Source: Hormiphora californensis (taxonomy: Eukaryota > Animalia > Ctenophora). From it: a stretch of 64,000 nucleotides of DNA. This document shows positions 22,316 to 36,200 of this stretch, one piece after another. Positions within the stretch are counted from its first letter, which is position 1. Each line of letters begins with the position of its first letter. The notes beneath the pieces were generated by a model. The model was given only the letters and a program-made list of their open reading frames with translations, was not told the DNA's origin and ran no database searches. The stretch lies in contig CM035350.1 in assembly GCA_020137815.1 (NCBI GenBank), positions 10,230,001-10,294,000 on the forward strand, written 5' to 3'. The position numbers were made by a program, and so were the translations under genes.

Positions 22316-25300
22316 CTATTGCAATACCAGTCCTATCTCTCCTGGTTCCATCCCCTTACAGATCCAGTTGAAGATGTAGTAGTGCAGATTGCCATCTCCC
22401 ATACCAAACTTCAAATCCTCCAATATAGGCCGGTTCTAAATGAGAGGATTTAGTGTTAGAACATTGTGTTAGAACATTGTGTTAGAACATGGTGTTAGAA
22501 CATGGTGTTAGAACATGGTGTTAAAACATGGTGTTAGGACATGGTGTTAGGACATGGTGTTAGAACATGGTGTTAGAACATGGTGTTAGAACATGGTGTT
22601 AGAACATGGTGTTAAAACATGGTGTTAGGACATGGTGTTAGGACATGGTGTTAGAACATGGTGTTAGAACATGGTGTTAGAACATGGTGTTAGAACATTG
22701 TGTTAGAACATAGTGTTAGAACATTGTGTTAAAACATGGTGTTAGAACATGGTGTTAAAACATGGTGTTAAAACATTGTGTTAAAACATGGTGGTAGAAC
22801 ATAGTGTTAGAACATGGTGTTAGAACATTGTGTTAGAACATGGTGTTAGAACATGGTGTTAGAACATGGTGTTAGAACATGGTGTTAAAACATTGTGTTA
22901 GAACATGGTGTTAGAACATGGTGTTAGAACATGGTGTTAAAACATGGTGTTAGAACATGGTGTTAGAACATGGTGTTAAAACATTGTGTTAGAACATGGT
23001 GTTAGAACATGGTGTTAGAACATGGTGTTAGAACATAGTGTTAGAACATGGTGTTAAAACATGGTGTTAAAACATGATGTTAGAACATGGTGTTAGAACA
23101 TGGTGTTAGAACATGGTGTTAGAACATGGTGTTAGAACATGGTGTTAGAACATGGTGTTAGAACATGGTGTTAGAACATGGTGTTAGAACATTGTGGGTT
23201 TTTTGGGAATATTCTTTTTGTTTTTACCTCCATTAGATCCAGAGCATTAAAGACATCAAAGTTATTACTCTTTGCCATTATAAGAGCATCATTCATCAGG
23301 TCCTTTAAATTTAAACTCTCTGAAAAAGGGCATATTTTACTGGTGTGACTGTTTTTTGAATACTTTTGTTGATTTGTAAAATGTGATATCTTATTTCCGA
23401 AACCTAAATCTTGTTTCTAGCTCCATTGAGCACTGGTTCTGCCCCCTGATACTCCCCCCCCCCCAGACAGCATTGCCACGTACCATTGTAGTAGTAGAAG
23501 CTGTATGCAGCATGTAGGCTCTTGTATTGGGGGTTATTCATTATCGTTGAAGAGAGAGAGTAGAAACTAACAAAGTCTGTTATCTTCCCATCACCATTCT
23601 GAAACAGGGGGAGATGTTAGTTAACTAGGAGAGAGACATCTGAGTGATATAGCAGCACTAGGGTAAAAAGGGAACCCCTGTAATTGTAAATCTCTCTCTG
23701 ATCCCCGTACCTGAACAACGTAGCTGTAAACAATATCCTTCCTTGGTAAGAACCAGTGCTCGAATTCTTCCAAACTGAAGGTCTGGTGCAGTTTGAATTT
23801 CTTGAGGCTATTGTTGAGCCCTGCACAAACCTCCTCGATGTCTACCTTCTCCAGGATCCTGAACCCAGCAGATCGGGGTTGCTGAAACGGCCGCGCATTA
23901 GCAGTGTACTTTCTTTAGATGCGCGCACTCGCGCCCTCCCTAAATCCCACACAGAGCTGTTACATCCGACCTCACCCCAACAAGAATTGGAAGCAGGGGG
24001 GAGGGGGGGGGGGGGGGGGGGGTGGTTACCTCTGGTAGCTTGTAGAGTTTTATAGTTCTTTGCATCGTCATGTTTCGGCTCAGAGATGCAAACTGTACAT
24101 TAATCAGTTTCTTGGGGTTGAGAGATCGATGCCAATACCTGAAAGGTGTGAGGTTAGAGATGGGAGAGTAGAAACAATGATCCCACTACTACAACAAGTG
24201 TAGATTAAAGACACTACTAAATAGATTGCTATTATAATAATACCTGCAGGTAGCAACAGGTTTCGGTAGCACAACACCTGCAGTATAGACCGCCTGGAAT
24301 ATCCCTGTTGCGTTTACACGGCGTGTAATCTCTCGAATTAGGACGGGGGCAACCCTCTTACTTCTCATCTTCTTTAATACACACAGGAAATTAATTTCCA
24401 CCATCGTTTTAGATTTCCCGTGAACCTGAGAGAAGGGAACTTGTTTAGTATGCCGCCTAGGGAGCTGTGTAAGGGGGTGGGATGTGTGTTATTGGAAGTG
24501 GCATCTAATCAAGAGTTCATTATCTTTTGGATGTCTGTGCAAATCACTGCACTGTTTAGGAAGTATGCAGTAGGAAGTATGGAGTACGAAGTGTGCAACA
24601 CACAGTGTATAACAGGTGTACAATTGCTACAGTCACTCTTCCCACAGTGTTGATCCAGAAACTCAAAACAAAGAGTTGTTTGTACAATGTACTATGTGTG
24701 AACTGAAGCTGACTTTACATTGCTCAACAAGTTGAAGAGTGTGTGTAAATGTGATGATCTGATATTACCAGTATGTTAGCAGGGCTGCACCCCCCCCCCC
24801 GCCCCCCCCACACATATTACTCACCAGTATGTTAGCAGGGATGGCGCTGATAAAGGCGACTAGTTTCTTGTTTGACGCAACCCTCACTCCACAAGCCCAC
24901 TCTGCCCTCCAGCCGGGGGGTCGTAGGGCCCACTTGAGAAACGGGGCTGAGTAATCAAACCTGGGGGTTTCAATAGTTTCGTTAGTATGTCTGTCATAAG
25001 TCATTACATATTCAGACTGAGCCTTTCACCTTTGCTCAACCTTCTCTCGCCCCGTAAAGGAAGGGCTAGATTAACTGATCCCTGATAACCGTTAGCCCCC
25101 AACCTCCCAGCCCTCTCCCCTCCCCTAAGCCACACTGAGATGTTCTATTATTTACCGGAACATGTTGTCATCATCCTCTACATAGTTCTCATTGAGTAGT
25201 TGGTACAGTTCAATTAGTTGGGATTCATCATCCAGATCTAGATTGCACCACTCAAATCCCTTTACTAGAGAGAATGACTCCTGCCGGACCTCGCTCTGTT

Positions 25301-25855
25301 CCTTGTCCTCTTCAATCGGCCCATTCCGCCCCTGAGAGGGAGAGAGGGTTATGGAGAGGGGCATGATACAGTGTGGAGAGTAGATAACTTATCACTCTTG
25401 GGACCCACTCTTTACTTGTTTGTTTAGTTTAAACAATGTAGTTTACCTGTGCATCTGATGAGAAGGATGGGACGGGTTGGGTCGACCAAAACTGATAATT
25501 CCTCCTTTTAGCATCGTCTTCAGTTTTAGGGACGGCTTTGGGCAACTTCAATTCCTTCTCTATTTTATCGATTATATCCTGCTGGGCCTTCTTATCAACT
25601 GGTGGGGGAGAGGGGAGATATTGTAGGTAGCTGGAGAGAGGGAGAATAGGTAGCTGGTGGGAGATGGGAGTAGGAAGCTCGTGGGAGAGGAGAGAGAAGT
25701 AGCTGGGTGTTTTACAACTCAAACCAAGGATTCAAACCAAGCTACTGACTACATAACAGGGTGTCATGCGGAGCACCCTGAACCACTGTCATACTACAGG
25801 GTGTCATACCTGGTTTTTTAGCAGCCTCATTATTATTTTCATTGTTTTCTGTCAT
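22316..25855 (-). CDS. NMT: Glycylpeptide N-myristoyltransferase, 10 exons (25855-25810, 25598-25447, 25331-25156, 24960-24825, 24425-24244, 24138-24030, 23881-23711, 23598-23484, 23319-23228, 22435-22316)
   Basis: [97 protein letters not shown]-terminal GLVLQ*; all introns GT-AG. Confidence 0.98.
22453..23196. repeat. 13-bp minisatellite (tgttagaacatgg) filling the last NMT intron
   Basis: More than 50 tandem copies. Confidence 0.97.
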
Positions 25856-26090
25856 GCTGCTGCTACCTGTTGTAACACTAATAGTAATAGTAATAGTTGT
25901 AGTTACTAGTTGTAATTTGGAAACACATTAGGAAAGGAATAAAACACTCGATAAAGGGGGGCAATGAAATCAACATACACGCAATAAGTAGTATACAACA
26001 CATGAACATGAATTTAAAGTGTGAGTCTCTCTCTCTCATTCTGCTGTCACCAAGTCTCTATATCATCTACTTGCTCTAGCACTCTCCATT

Positions 26091-26899
26091 CTATTCGAGT
26101 TGGTTGAGGGCCCCCAGCTGCCGTAGAACCTTGTTCTGACTTGTCTCCCTGAGTTCCCCAGCTAAAAACATCTCATCTACAACTGCGTACACTTTGTAGA
26201 AATTAAACACCAGATCCAGCTCGCACACGTTATGGAAATACTCGTTGAGGACCTGGAATAGTAGTAGTAGTTAGTTGTGGGTAGATAAATAAACATCATC
26301 GGTTCAAAGGGCACACTCTGATTCAGTATAATTCTGATTCAATTTTTACCTCTACAAAGTTGTGGATAGCCTCTAGATACATCAAATTATTGTCCTGAAC
26401 ATCAACGCACATACAGAAGTAAAGACCAGCATATCTCCTGTAGACAATCTTAAAGTTCCTGAACTCTACAAAGTTTGTGTGCTTGGCATCTCTCACTGTA
26501 ACACATGCGTGTACCTGGGTGATAGATTAGTAACTTTACAGTTTGCGTTACAGTTTGTGTTCCGGTATTACTTTAGCTTTAGTGACGACACACGGATTTG
26601 GGACCCAATTCCCAAATCCGTGTGTCGTCACTTCGTTACCTCATCTACCGTACCTTGTTTTTACCAAACCCCGGGGTAATGAACGACCGGAACTAAATTA
26701 TGATGGCACACCGACTAGGAGGGAAGCCCTTGCACCCAAAACTTGTCGTCGTTACTTTAGGTCGATTACAGCTCATTTTGCAATGCAAGATAGTTACCTC
26801 TTCAATTAGCTTCTGCTTCTCCTCGTCATCAAAACTCATGTACCATTTAGCGAGGCGTGTCTTTCCAGCCCGGTTCTGAATCAACATGAACCGAATCAT
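26091..26899 (-). CDS. AP2S1: AP-2 complex sigma subunit; exons 26899-26798, 26514-26350, 26252-26091
   Basis: [20 protein letters not shown]...[34 protein letters not shown]...[18 protein letters not shown]...[14 protein letters not shown]. Confidence 0.98.
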
Positions 26900-27309
26900 C
26901 GCCTAGCAAAATACATTTAAATTGTAACCGCCAGGTTTTTATGAATGTCATGGTATACACAGTACGGTATAATAGTCGCAGGTTTACGAGCTCGAGTTGA
27001 GCTCAGACTATGTGTATGGGTAATGGGTCCGGGGTCGTGTGGCATGTTCTGAAATCTGACAGAGGCCCTGGGCTAAGTTTGATACAAATTTAGCTAGGCT
27101 CCATAAAATTTCACCTCTGCTGTTCAATGGTGCTACACTCTGTAGTACTCAATATCAGGCATTCACTGGAAATCCATGGACCCGGCCTAAACATCGGAAA
27201 AAATGGAACACGACTGTGCGGGTGTACCAGTATAGTGTTGTGTTGGCACACGGACCCGGCCTCCGTTAAAAAAGAAAAGTTAAAATGTGTTTTTCAAAGT
27301 TGGCATACG

Positions 27310-27505
27310 TTGCAGGCCCCTTATAATATAATATAAGGGGCCTGGAGGGAATACCGCGCTAGGGGGGAATACATAATCAATCATATCTCCGGTTCCAGAT
27401 AAGGTACAGAAATCGTTTTGGTAGCGTTGGAAAGAGGAAGATAACAGCTTTCAAATGCAACCGGTTTCAGGTCTCTATCTTATCAGGAACAGGAGATATG
27501 AACCA
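27310..27505. repeat. Palindrome-rich segment, probably part of a non-autonomous transposon
   Basis: caggccccttata...tataaggggcctg at ~27313-27343, plus a long imperfect palindrome tcatatctcc...ggagatatga at ~27381-27501. Confidence 0.55.
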
Positions 27506-28032
27506 AACTCCGCAAAATCGAGTGCGGTAAAATAAAAAAATTCGAGATTTTAATTCAAATTTGAAACAAAGTGTCCCTGCAGGGACCTGTGACGTCACTT
27601 TTTGAAAACAACCAATCTTTGAACAACTATTGCTCAGCCTCCTCAAGTCCAATTAACTTCTCTCAAAAACAGCAAGGTAGATAATTGTCAGATCTAACAG
27701 CTAGTGAAAGAATCAAGCAAAACGGATTTCAGGGGCCAAAGTTATAAGCACCGCCGTTTTTTCGCTCGCAAAGTTATTTTCGACCCAGCCGGGCTCAGAC
27801 CAAACGCGCGCGCGGCATTCCCTTCAGTCCCCTCGTTGCGGGGGTGCGCGCATGAGGGGGCTGCAGCGCATTCCAAAGTTAAAATGTGTTTTTCAAAGTG
27901 CTGAGCTGTTCTGGAAATTTAAAGGGTACTTATCGCGCGCGTGATCTACAGCGTGAAATCAATATATTTCGCGCGTTCCATTAAAATTACCACAATGCCA
28001 TGCCGTGATATTTCGAAAATCTGAGCTCGAGT

Positions 28033-28321
28033 AATAGGGATCCCTAAAAAAGTTCAGTATTTACACAGAGTTTACACAGTCTTTACACAGTCGTTACACC
28101 CAGAGCGCCCGCGCCGCTCTGGGTGTAAAGACTGCGTCTTTCGCACTCGATTTGCAGCGTTTTCAGAAACTTTTTTCGCCGCAGCGCTCAATTTACTCAA
28201 TTGTGCAGCACACAATCCAATATTTTCTTAGAAAAAGCCGCAAAACGCAGCACGCGCCGCTCTGGGTGTAATGACTGTGTAAACTCTGTGTAAATACTGA
28301 ACTTTTTTAGGGATCCCTATT
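28033..28321. mobile_element. MITE with long TIRs (aatagggatccctaaaaaagttcagtatttacacagagtttacacagtc)
   Basis: The termini are reverse complements over more than 45 bp. Confidence 0.88.
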
Positions 28322-28519
28322 TTCGTTTACGTTTTTCGTTTTATTTTTTCTCTGTTTTTCGGTTTTCGCCCTTTGAACCAAGAACTAAGCAGTCTCGTAC
28401 GTCGTACGTCGTACTGATACCATAAAGTAGGCCAGCGTTAAAATCTGGGTGTTTCGTGAGTACTGAAAATCGGTTTTTTAGGGTTAGGACTAAAGTAGGG
28501 TTTGGGTTGGGGTTAGGCC

Positions 28520-29565
28520 TTGATATTACCAGTAATCTTGACAAAGATCCTTTATGCAGCACCAGTTTGGTTAAGACAGCGAACGGACTTCTTCGGAGAT
28601 CTTCTTTCCCGAGCACGGCTGAAGATAACAGGGGGACAAGTTCACATAGCCAAACCTCTGTCAGAACTCCTAGCATGCGTGCCTCCTATTGACGTTCTTG
28701 TGGAAACAGTGGTAACCAAATTTGTCCTAAAAGGCCTTGCAGCTAAAGATAATATATCAGCTAAACTACTACAAATTGAAGCGGAACAAAATCATGTGTT
28801 CTTCTGGCAGATTGCTGCTACCAAAAGATATTTGGTTTGGAAGTCGACTCAACTAGACGGTGTCCAGATCCAGGATTCTAACAGAGATTCAATCAGAACT
28901 ATTAACTTGGGAAGTTTAGAGCCGGACACTTTCCTGTACTCAAAAGAGGAAATGAGACAGTACACATGTAGTTTATGGGACCGGTCACTCAAATCATCGA
29001 TTAACCATTTGACTCGAGATGACCCTTTCAGCATACTTCCTATTCACTCTCAAGAAGAACTCGCCAACCTTATCAACTCAGAGGCCACTTTGGATTTCCC
29101 CATAATTCCAAGAAACATGTCCCGACAGAACTCATCTCAGGTCTTAGACTTTGTACATGGCAGATCCTTACGTTTTCAAGACTTCAGCTTCAGTTACCTG
29201 AGATACGAGCGATCACTTACAGTTCCCAATTGTCTTGAATGTGGCCAACTCCCAGATTCAACATTCCACAAGTTGTTTGAATGTTCTGCGATAAAAGATG
29301 TGGAAGGGCCCCGTGAGGAACTAAGGGTGATATCTTCTTATGAAATGAACTTCCATCTTCCACTAATTTTCTCCAAAGACAAGCAGGTAAAATCGAACTT
29401 TAGAAAGCTAGTAAGAGCTGTAATAGAACAATCTTTATTTGGGGATCAACTGCTTGTGTAATGGGTTTATATTCTAATCAATTGTAAATGTATAACTGAC
29501 CAGCCCGAGACGTACACACTGTGTACGAATCGCACTCCACGGAGTGAATTTTTAACTAACTTATT
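28520..29565 (+). mobile_element. 5'-truncated non-LTR retrotransposon 3' region (ORF to 29461 with C-terminal CCHC knuckle; 3' hairpins and TAAC tail)
   Basis: ILTKILYAAPVW post-RT motif; CLECGQLPDSTFHKLFEC zinc knuckle; 3'UTR hairpins cgtacaca/tgtgtacg and cactcc/ggagtg, then taactaactt. Confidence 0.8.
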
Positions 29566-29917
29566 TAATCAATTTACAATATATTTTAATCATTATCTAA
29601 TCAGTATTTTAATCGACATTTTATATTTTTTTGTATGATCTGACAGCTGAGAAAGTGTGAAAGAGACCTAGAGAGTTCCATTTTCCTCGCAAATAGGAGG
29701 GCAATATTGACAATGTCAAATTATTGTAAACAGATTTAATAATAATAATACCAGGTAAACTTTGAATTAGCCAAAACGGTTGAGTGGTTTGGCGGTTAGA
29801 GCCATTTTAGTGAATCAACTTTTTTGGCAGCACGCACCTGTAAACAGGCCTCCAAACACCCAGATCGTAACGGCGCCCACAAAGTATGATTAGTTACTTC
29901 AATACATCCTATGTAAC

Positions 29918-30532
29918 ATCCTATCCTCCACTTTTCGTCCTATCCTCCACCATCTGTCCTATCCTCCACCATCCGTCCTTTCCTCCACCATCCGTCCTAT
30001 CCCCCACCATTCGTCCTATCCTCCACCATATGCTATATGCTCTATCCTCCACCATCCTATCCATCCTATCCTTCACCATCCGTCCTATCCTCCACCATTC
30101 GTCCTATCCTCCACCATCTGTCCCAGTCTCCACCTTTCGTCCTATCCTTCACCATCCGTCCTATCCTCCACCATCCGTCCTATCCTCCACCATCCGTCCT
30201 ATCATGATATCATCCACCATGATCTGGAATATCCTCCACCACCATCTGTCGCATCCTTTCACCATTCGTCCTATCCTCGACCATCCGTCCTATCCTCCAT
30301 CTTTCGTCAAACTTTCCACCACCCGTCCTATCCTCCACCATCTCTCCCATCCTCCACCATCCGTCCAATCCCCCACCATCCGTCCAATCCCCCACCATCC
30401 TTCCTATCCTCCACCATCCATCCTTCACCATCCATTCTATCCTCCATCATCCTGTTCCTATCCTCTATCAGCTGTCCTAGACAGTACCATCACTCCTATC
30501 CTCCACCATCCGTCCTACTTCACCACCATCCC
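29918..30532. repeat. Degenerate ~19-bp tandem repeat (ctatcctccaccatccgtc)
   Basis: Direct inspection. Confidence 0.9.
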
Positions 30533-30795
30533 GAGTTAGGAGAGACGTCCTCCACATATTGTTCAGAGCTAGGGTTTTTTGAGTGCGTATTCTTGTTCGT
30601 TTGTGTGTGGTGGGTGTATGGGTTAGTAGGATCTTGGCAACTGAGATGTGGAGTAGAGTCTGAGGGTAGTCGAGAATTGGCCGAGTATGGGCCAGGAGAA
30701 AACAGTTACAAGAAACGTGTACCGTTACGAAAACGGCTGAAAGTGCAGTTATTCCTGCAGACTGTAAATGAACACTTCGAAAGTGATGATAAGTA

Positions 30796-32151
30796 CCGTA
30801 AGTTGGGGTAACTTTGTACCACATTTTAGCATTCCCCTAAAATAACTCCTTGCCAGAACCACACTCGAAAATTTTTGAACCAAATAATCCCGTTCCAGAC
30901 ACAGTACACCAGATATAACTAGTGAAATTTTTGGTCCCCTCTCATTTAATTAGATTAATTAACACGTATTTTAGTGTAAGTGGGGTTTTAGGGCATGGGG
31001 TAACTTTGGAATGAGGGTGGGGTAACTTTGGACACATTTTGCAATGATAAATGAATGAACATAAAATGTTTAGGTTTTCGATATGACCGTTTGTAGAGTT
31101 GCCTTAGACCCTCTCTGACTTGTTTAGGACGATATGACCAAGATTCAGCCCAATCCACACCCGTTTTCATCCATCTATTCGCTAAGGTAGTGAATAAACG
31201 AGGATTTGGTCTATTTTATGGAGCTAAATCACAAACAACCGTCCTAAAACACATCAAACTTCAATAGTTCAATTATTTGCGGTCTCTCATCCACCCTCTA
31301 GCTTGCTAGGTGGTATTGGCCCCCGAGGCGGCAGTATTAGTTCTTTTTACTGAATTGGACCGCCAGGAAGTGGCCGGACACTTATGGGTACTGGCTAAAT
31401 AAAGGAGTTTTGGTGCCTGTGTTCCTGCATTGATTGTCCAAAAGAACTAATAGACTCGCCTAGAGGGTCAATACCATCTACCAAGCTACAGAATGGATGA
31501 GAGACCCCAAATTATTGAAGTCTGATGGGTTTCAGGTCGGATTTCTATGGTTTAGCTCCATAAAGTAGAACTAATTTTGGTTTATTTACTACTTTAGCGA
31601 ATAGATCGATGAAAATGGGCATGGATCGGGCTAAATCTTGGTGAGATGGTTCTAAACAAGTCAGAGAGGGTTTAAGGCAACACTGCAGACATCAAAAGTT
31701 CAAAACATGTAGTATGGGGTAACTTTGGCACCCCGTCCAAAGTTACCCCAAAATTCAAAATATGGTGGGGTAACATTAGCCAACCCAATTAATCTCAATT
31801 AAAGTAATTGGTCGGATTTGAAAAATGGTGCCCCGAATTATTTGATCGAAACCCTTCCACTCTATGGAGCAAACTTGATTCGATCATTTGCCCGGTCAGA
31901 TCTATGGTACCCATTTTGATTTGAACATTTTTAGCGATTTTGACATCAATTATGTTTGACCCTAATTAGGAGCTAATTAGCATAGACTTGGAAAAAATAA
32001 TTGTACCGTTAGTTAGACATTTGTGGGTCAGTTACTTGAACACCCAAAAAGTTTTCCAAATCTCTCGTTATCTGTTGGTAATTTTGAACTAAAGCCAAAT
32101 TTTGAAAGTGTCCAAAGTTACCCTGCAAAACAAAGTTACCCCAGATTACGG
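30796..32151. mobile_element. Non-autonomous Tc1/mariner-pogo-type element (TA TSD) with an internal ~580-bp imperfect palindrome
   Basis: TA|ccgtaagttggggtaactttg ... caaagttaccccagattacgg|TA; internal repeats of ggggtaactttg; ~31100-31330 is an imperfect inverted copy of ~31450-31680. Confidence 0.85.
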
Positions 32152-32381
32152 TATGTGTTTATCAATGACAATCTTACTATTTTTATGTAAACGATGTGTG
32201 CTGAACATGATTTACTGTTTCCAAGTAGTCTAGGTATGCTGTGTCCGTTTGTGTGTGCACCTCTGTGTTCTCTTGTGAGATGACCATTTTTTAATTAACT
32301 TATTTAACTTAACTTATTTGTGTTTTGTGTATGTCTTTATATTTTGGGTGTTGGGGTATAAGTGTGAGTGTGAGTGTGAGT

Positions 32382-32530
<149 letters not shown>

Positions 32531-33299
32531 GGTGGTGTTTTGTAACTACCGTATTTTTAACTAACTTATTCGCCTTTTTCTTTTCGATTTTAGTAATTTA
32601 TTAAACCCGGTTAAATCTATCTGTCCGTTTAGCTCTCAGCTCATTGTTACCCGTCTCATTGGTTCGTCTGTGTGTGTTTGTCCCGCTTTAGGTAACTGCT
32701 GTTGTGCTATTAGCCTCGGCCTAGAAGCGTATATTAATGTACTTAATTTTTTCCCTGCCCGGGTGAATGCCGAAGGCATTCACCCGGATGCCTTTTTACT
32801 TTGTAAAAAGGCATAGCAGGGTTAGAATTCGAAAACGACATTTTGGTATACTAACTAATCGGTAGAGGGACATTTTTGGTCACACTTTCGTTGCGAGGGG
32901 CAACGGTGTAGCAACAAGAGCCGCGCACACAGTTACGAGCTGCTCCTTCATAAACCACTTCATTGGCACGTTTTCAGGAAATGTGTGGCGCGCAATGTGG
33001 CGGCGTGGCGCGCAATTTAGTGCTACTAAAACACAAGGATTTGCTCTATACTGTTTGTGTGATGTATAAATTAATGGGATTTCGTGTCCCGCTTGCTGCT
33101 ACAGCGAATCTGGTCATGATTTCCTTTCTTCATAGATTCACATGGCAGGGAAATTCAGCATTATGTTAGAACATAATGCAATTAATCTTGTTAACTATAT
33201 TTTATACGTATAGTGTAAGAGCGGGAGAGTCATATATTTTCTTATATTGACTTGATATAAATTGTGAAGTTCATATTCATATTCATAACATTTTAGATC

Positions 33300-36200
33300 A
33301 TGAAGCACTTGCTATCACTGATAGCATTTGAGATCTCTGCCCTGCTCACTCTCGCTCTGGTAATCTACTGGATCGAGCAGTATGCCGGGGGAATGAAATG
33401 GGAATACAAGAACAGATCCAAGTTTAACTATCACCCCCTACTTATGATAATCGCTTTTGTTATCGTTATGGGACATTGTAAGTTAATAGCACGTCACATC
33501 CAACTAAATTCACATAATCTCAGTCTCTTATTTAACCTCCATCCCCAGCTGTTATAACATTCCGGATTTTACCCCTCGCCCACCGTACTAAGAAATACAT
33601 ACACGGAACTTTGAATTTGGTGGCGGCGATATTTGCAACTGTGGGTCTCGTGGCTGTCATTCAGTTTCATAATGAGTTCAATATTCCTAATTTCTACAGT
33701 CTCCACTCCTGGTTGGGTCTTGTAACTCTGGGGATCCTATATCTCCAGGTATGCCCCACTTCTCAGTACTACAATGTCATCATGTCCCCCCCCCCCCCAT
33801 TATTTAACTCCCCCCTCCTTCCGGTCAGGTCTTGGCAGGGTTTGGGATATTCCAAGATCTGTTTGAGGGAGCCAGGAGGGAGATTAGAGCAGCCTACAAA
33901 CCATGGCATGTAGTGGCTGGTATTTGTATGGTTACCTTTGCTGCTTGTACTATGACAACTGGAGTTCAAGAGAAATACGGGTTCACGTAAGTAACTTTAC
34001 TGACCTTCCCTCGCCCAAAACTGTAACTATGATAATTAGCCAGCCACTTGATAAAAGTTGAACCTCTAACACTGTGTCTCTCACCTCCCCTAACACAGTG
34101 TCTCTCCCCTAACACTGTGTCTCTCACCTCCCCTAACACTGTGTCTCTCACCTCCCCTAACACTGTGTCCCCCTCCCCTAACACTGTGTCTCTCACCTCC
34201 CCTAACACTGTGTCTCTCACCTCCCCTAACACTGTGTCCCCCTCCCCTAACACTGTGTCTCTCACCTCCCCTAACACTGTGTCTCTCACCTCCCCTAACA
34301 CTGTGTCTCTCACCTCCCCTAACACTGTGTCTCCCTCCCCTAACACTGTGTCTCTCACCTCCCCTAACACTGTGTCTCTCACCTCCCCTAACACTGTGTC
34401 TCTCACCTCCCCTAACACTGTGTCTCTCACCTCCCCTAACACTGTGTCTCCCTCCCCTAACACTGTGTCTCTCACCTCCCCTAACACTGTGTCTCTCACC
34501 TCCCCTAACACTGTGTCTCTCACCTCCCCTAACACTGTGTCTCTCACCTCCTCTAACACTGTGTCTCTCCCCTAACACTGTGTCTCCCTCCCCTAACACT
34601 GTGTCCCCCTCCCCTAACACTGTGTCCCCCTCCCCTAACACTGTGTCTCTCACCTCCCCTAACACTGTGTCTCTCACCTCCCCTAACACTGTGTCCCCCT
34701 CCCCTAACACTGTGTCTCTCACCTCCCCTAACACAGTGTCTCTCACCTTCCCTAACATCTGTGTCTCTCACCTCCCCTAACACAGTGTCTCTCACCTCCC
34801 CTAACACTGTGTCTCTCACCTCCCCTAACACTGTGTCTCTCACCTCCCCTAACACTGTGTCCCCCTCCCCTAACACTGTGTCTCTCACCTCCCCTAACAC
34901 TGTGTCCCCCTCCCCTAACACTGTGTCTCTCACCTCCCCTAACACTGTGTCTCTCACCTCCCCTAACACTGTGTCTCTCACCTCCCCTAACACTGTGTCT
35001 CTCACCTCCCCTAACACTGTGTCTCTCACCTCCCCTAACACTGTGTCTCTCACCTCCCCTAACACTGTGTCTCTCACCTCCCCTAACACTGTGTCTCTCA
35101 CCTCCCCTAACACTGTGTCTCTCCCCTAACACTGTGTCTCCCTCCCCTAACACTGTGTCCCCCTCCCCTAACACTGTGTCCCCCTCCCCTAACACTGTGT
35201 CTCTCACCTCCCCTAACACAGTGTCTCTCACCTTCCCTAACATCTGTGTCTCTCACCTCCCCTAACACTGTGTCTCTCACCTCCCCTAACACTGTGTCTC
35301 TCACCTCCCCTAACACTGTGTCTCCCTCCCCTAACACTGTGTCTCTCACCTCCCCTAACACAGTGTCTCTCACCTTCCCTAACATCTGTGTCTCTCACCT
35401 CCCCTAACACTGTGTCTCTCACCTCCCCTAACACTGTGTCTCTCACCTCCCCTAACATCTGTGTCTCTCACCTCCCCTAACACAGTGTCTCTCACCTCCC
35501 CTAACACTGTGTCTCTCACCTCCCCTAACACTGTGTCTCTCACCTCCCCTAACACTGTGTCCCCCTCCCCTAACACTGTGTCTCTCACCTCCCCTAACAC
35601 TGTGTCTCTCACCTCCCCTAACACTGTGTCTCTCACCTCCCCTAACAATGTGTCTCTCACCTCCCCTAACACTGTGTCTCTCACCTCCCCTAACACTGTG
35701 TCCCCCTCCCCTAACACTGTGTCTCTCACCTCCCCTAACACTGTGTCTCTCACCTCCCCTAACACTGTGTCTCTCACCTCCCCTAACACTGTGTCTCTCA
35801 CCTCCCCTAACACTGTGTCTCTCACCTCCCCTAACACTGTGTCTCTCACCTCCCCTAACACTGTGTCTCTCACCTCCCCTCACATCTGTGTCTCTCACCT
35901 TCCCTAACATCTGTGTCTCTCACCTCCCCTAACACTGTGTCTCTCACCTCCCCTAACACTGTGTCTCTCACCTCCCCTAACACTGTGTCTCTCACCTCCC
36001 CTAACACTGTGTCCCCCTCCCCTAACACTGTGTCTCTCACCTCCCCTAACACAGTGTCTCTCACCTTCCCTAACATCTGTGTCTCTCACCTCCCCTAACA
36101 CAGTGTCTCTCACCTCCCCTAACACTGTGTCTCTCACCTCCCCTAACACTGTGTCTCTCACCTCCCCTCACATCTGTGTCTCTCACCTCCCCTCACATCT

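Noticed and set aside
29886-30539. 217-aa Pro/His/Ser-rich ORF
   Set aside because: Translation of a degenerate 19-bp tandem repeat.
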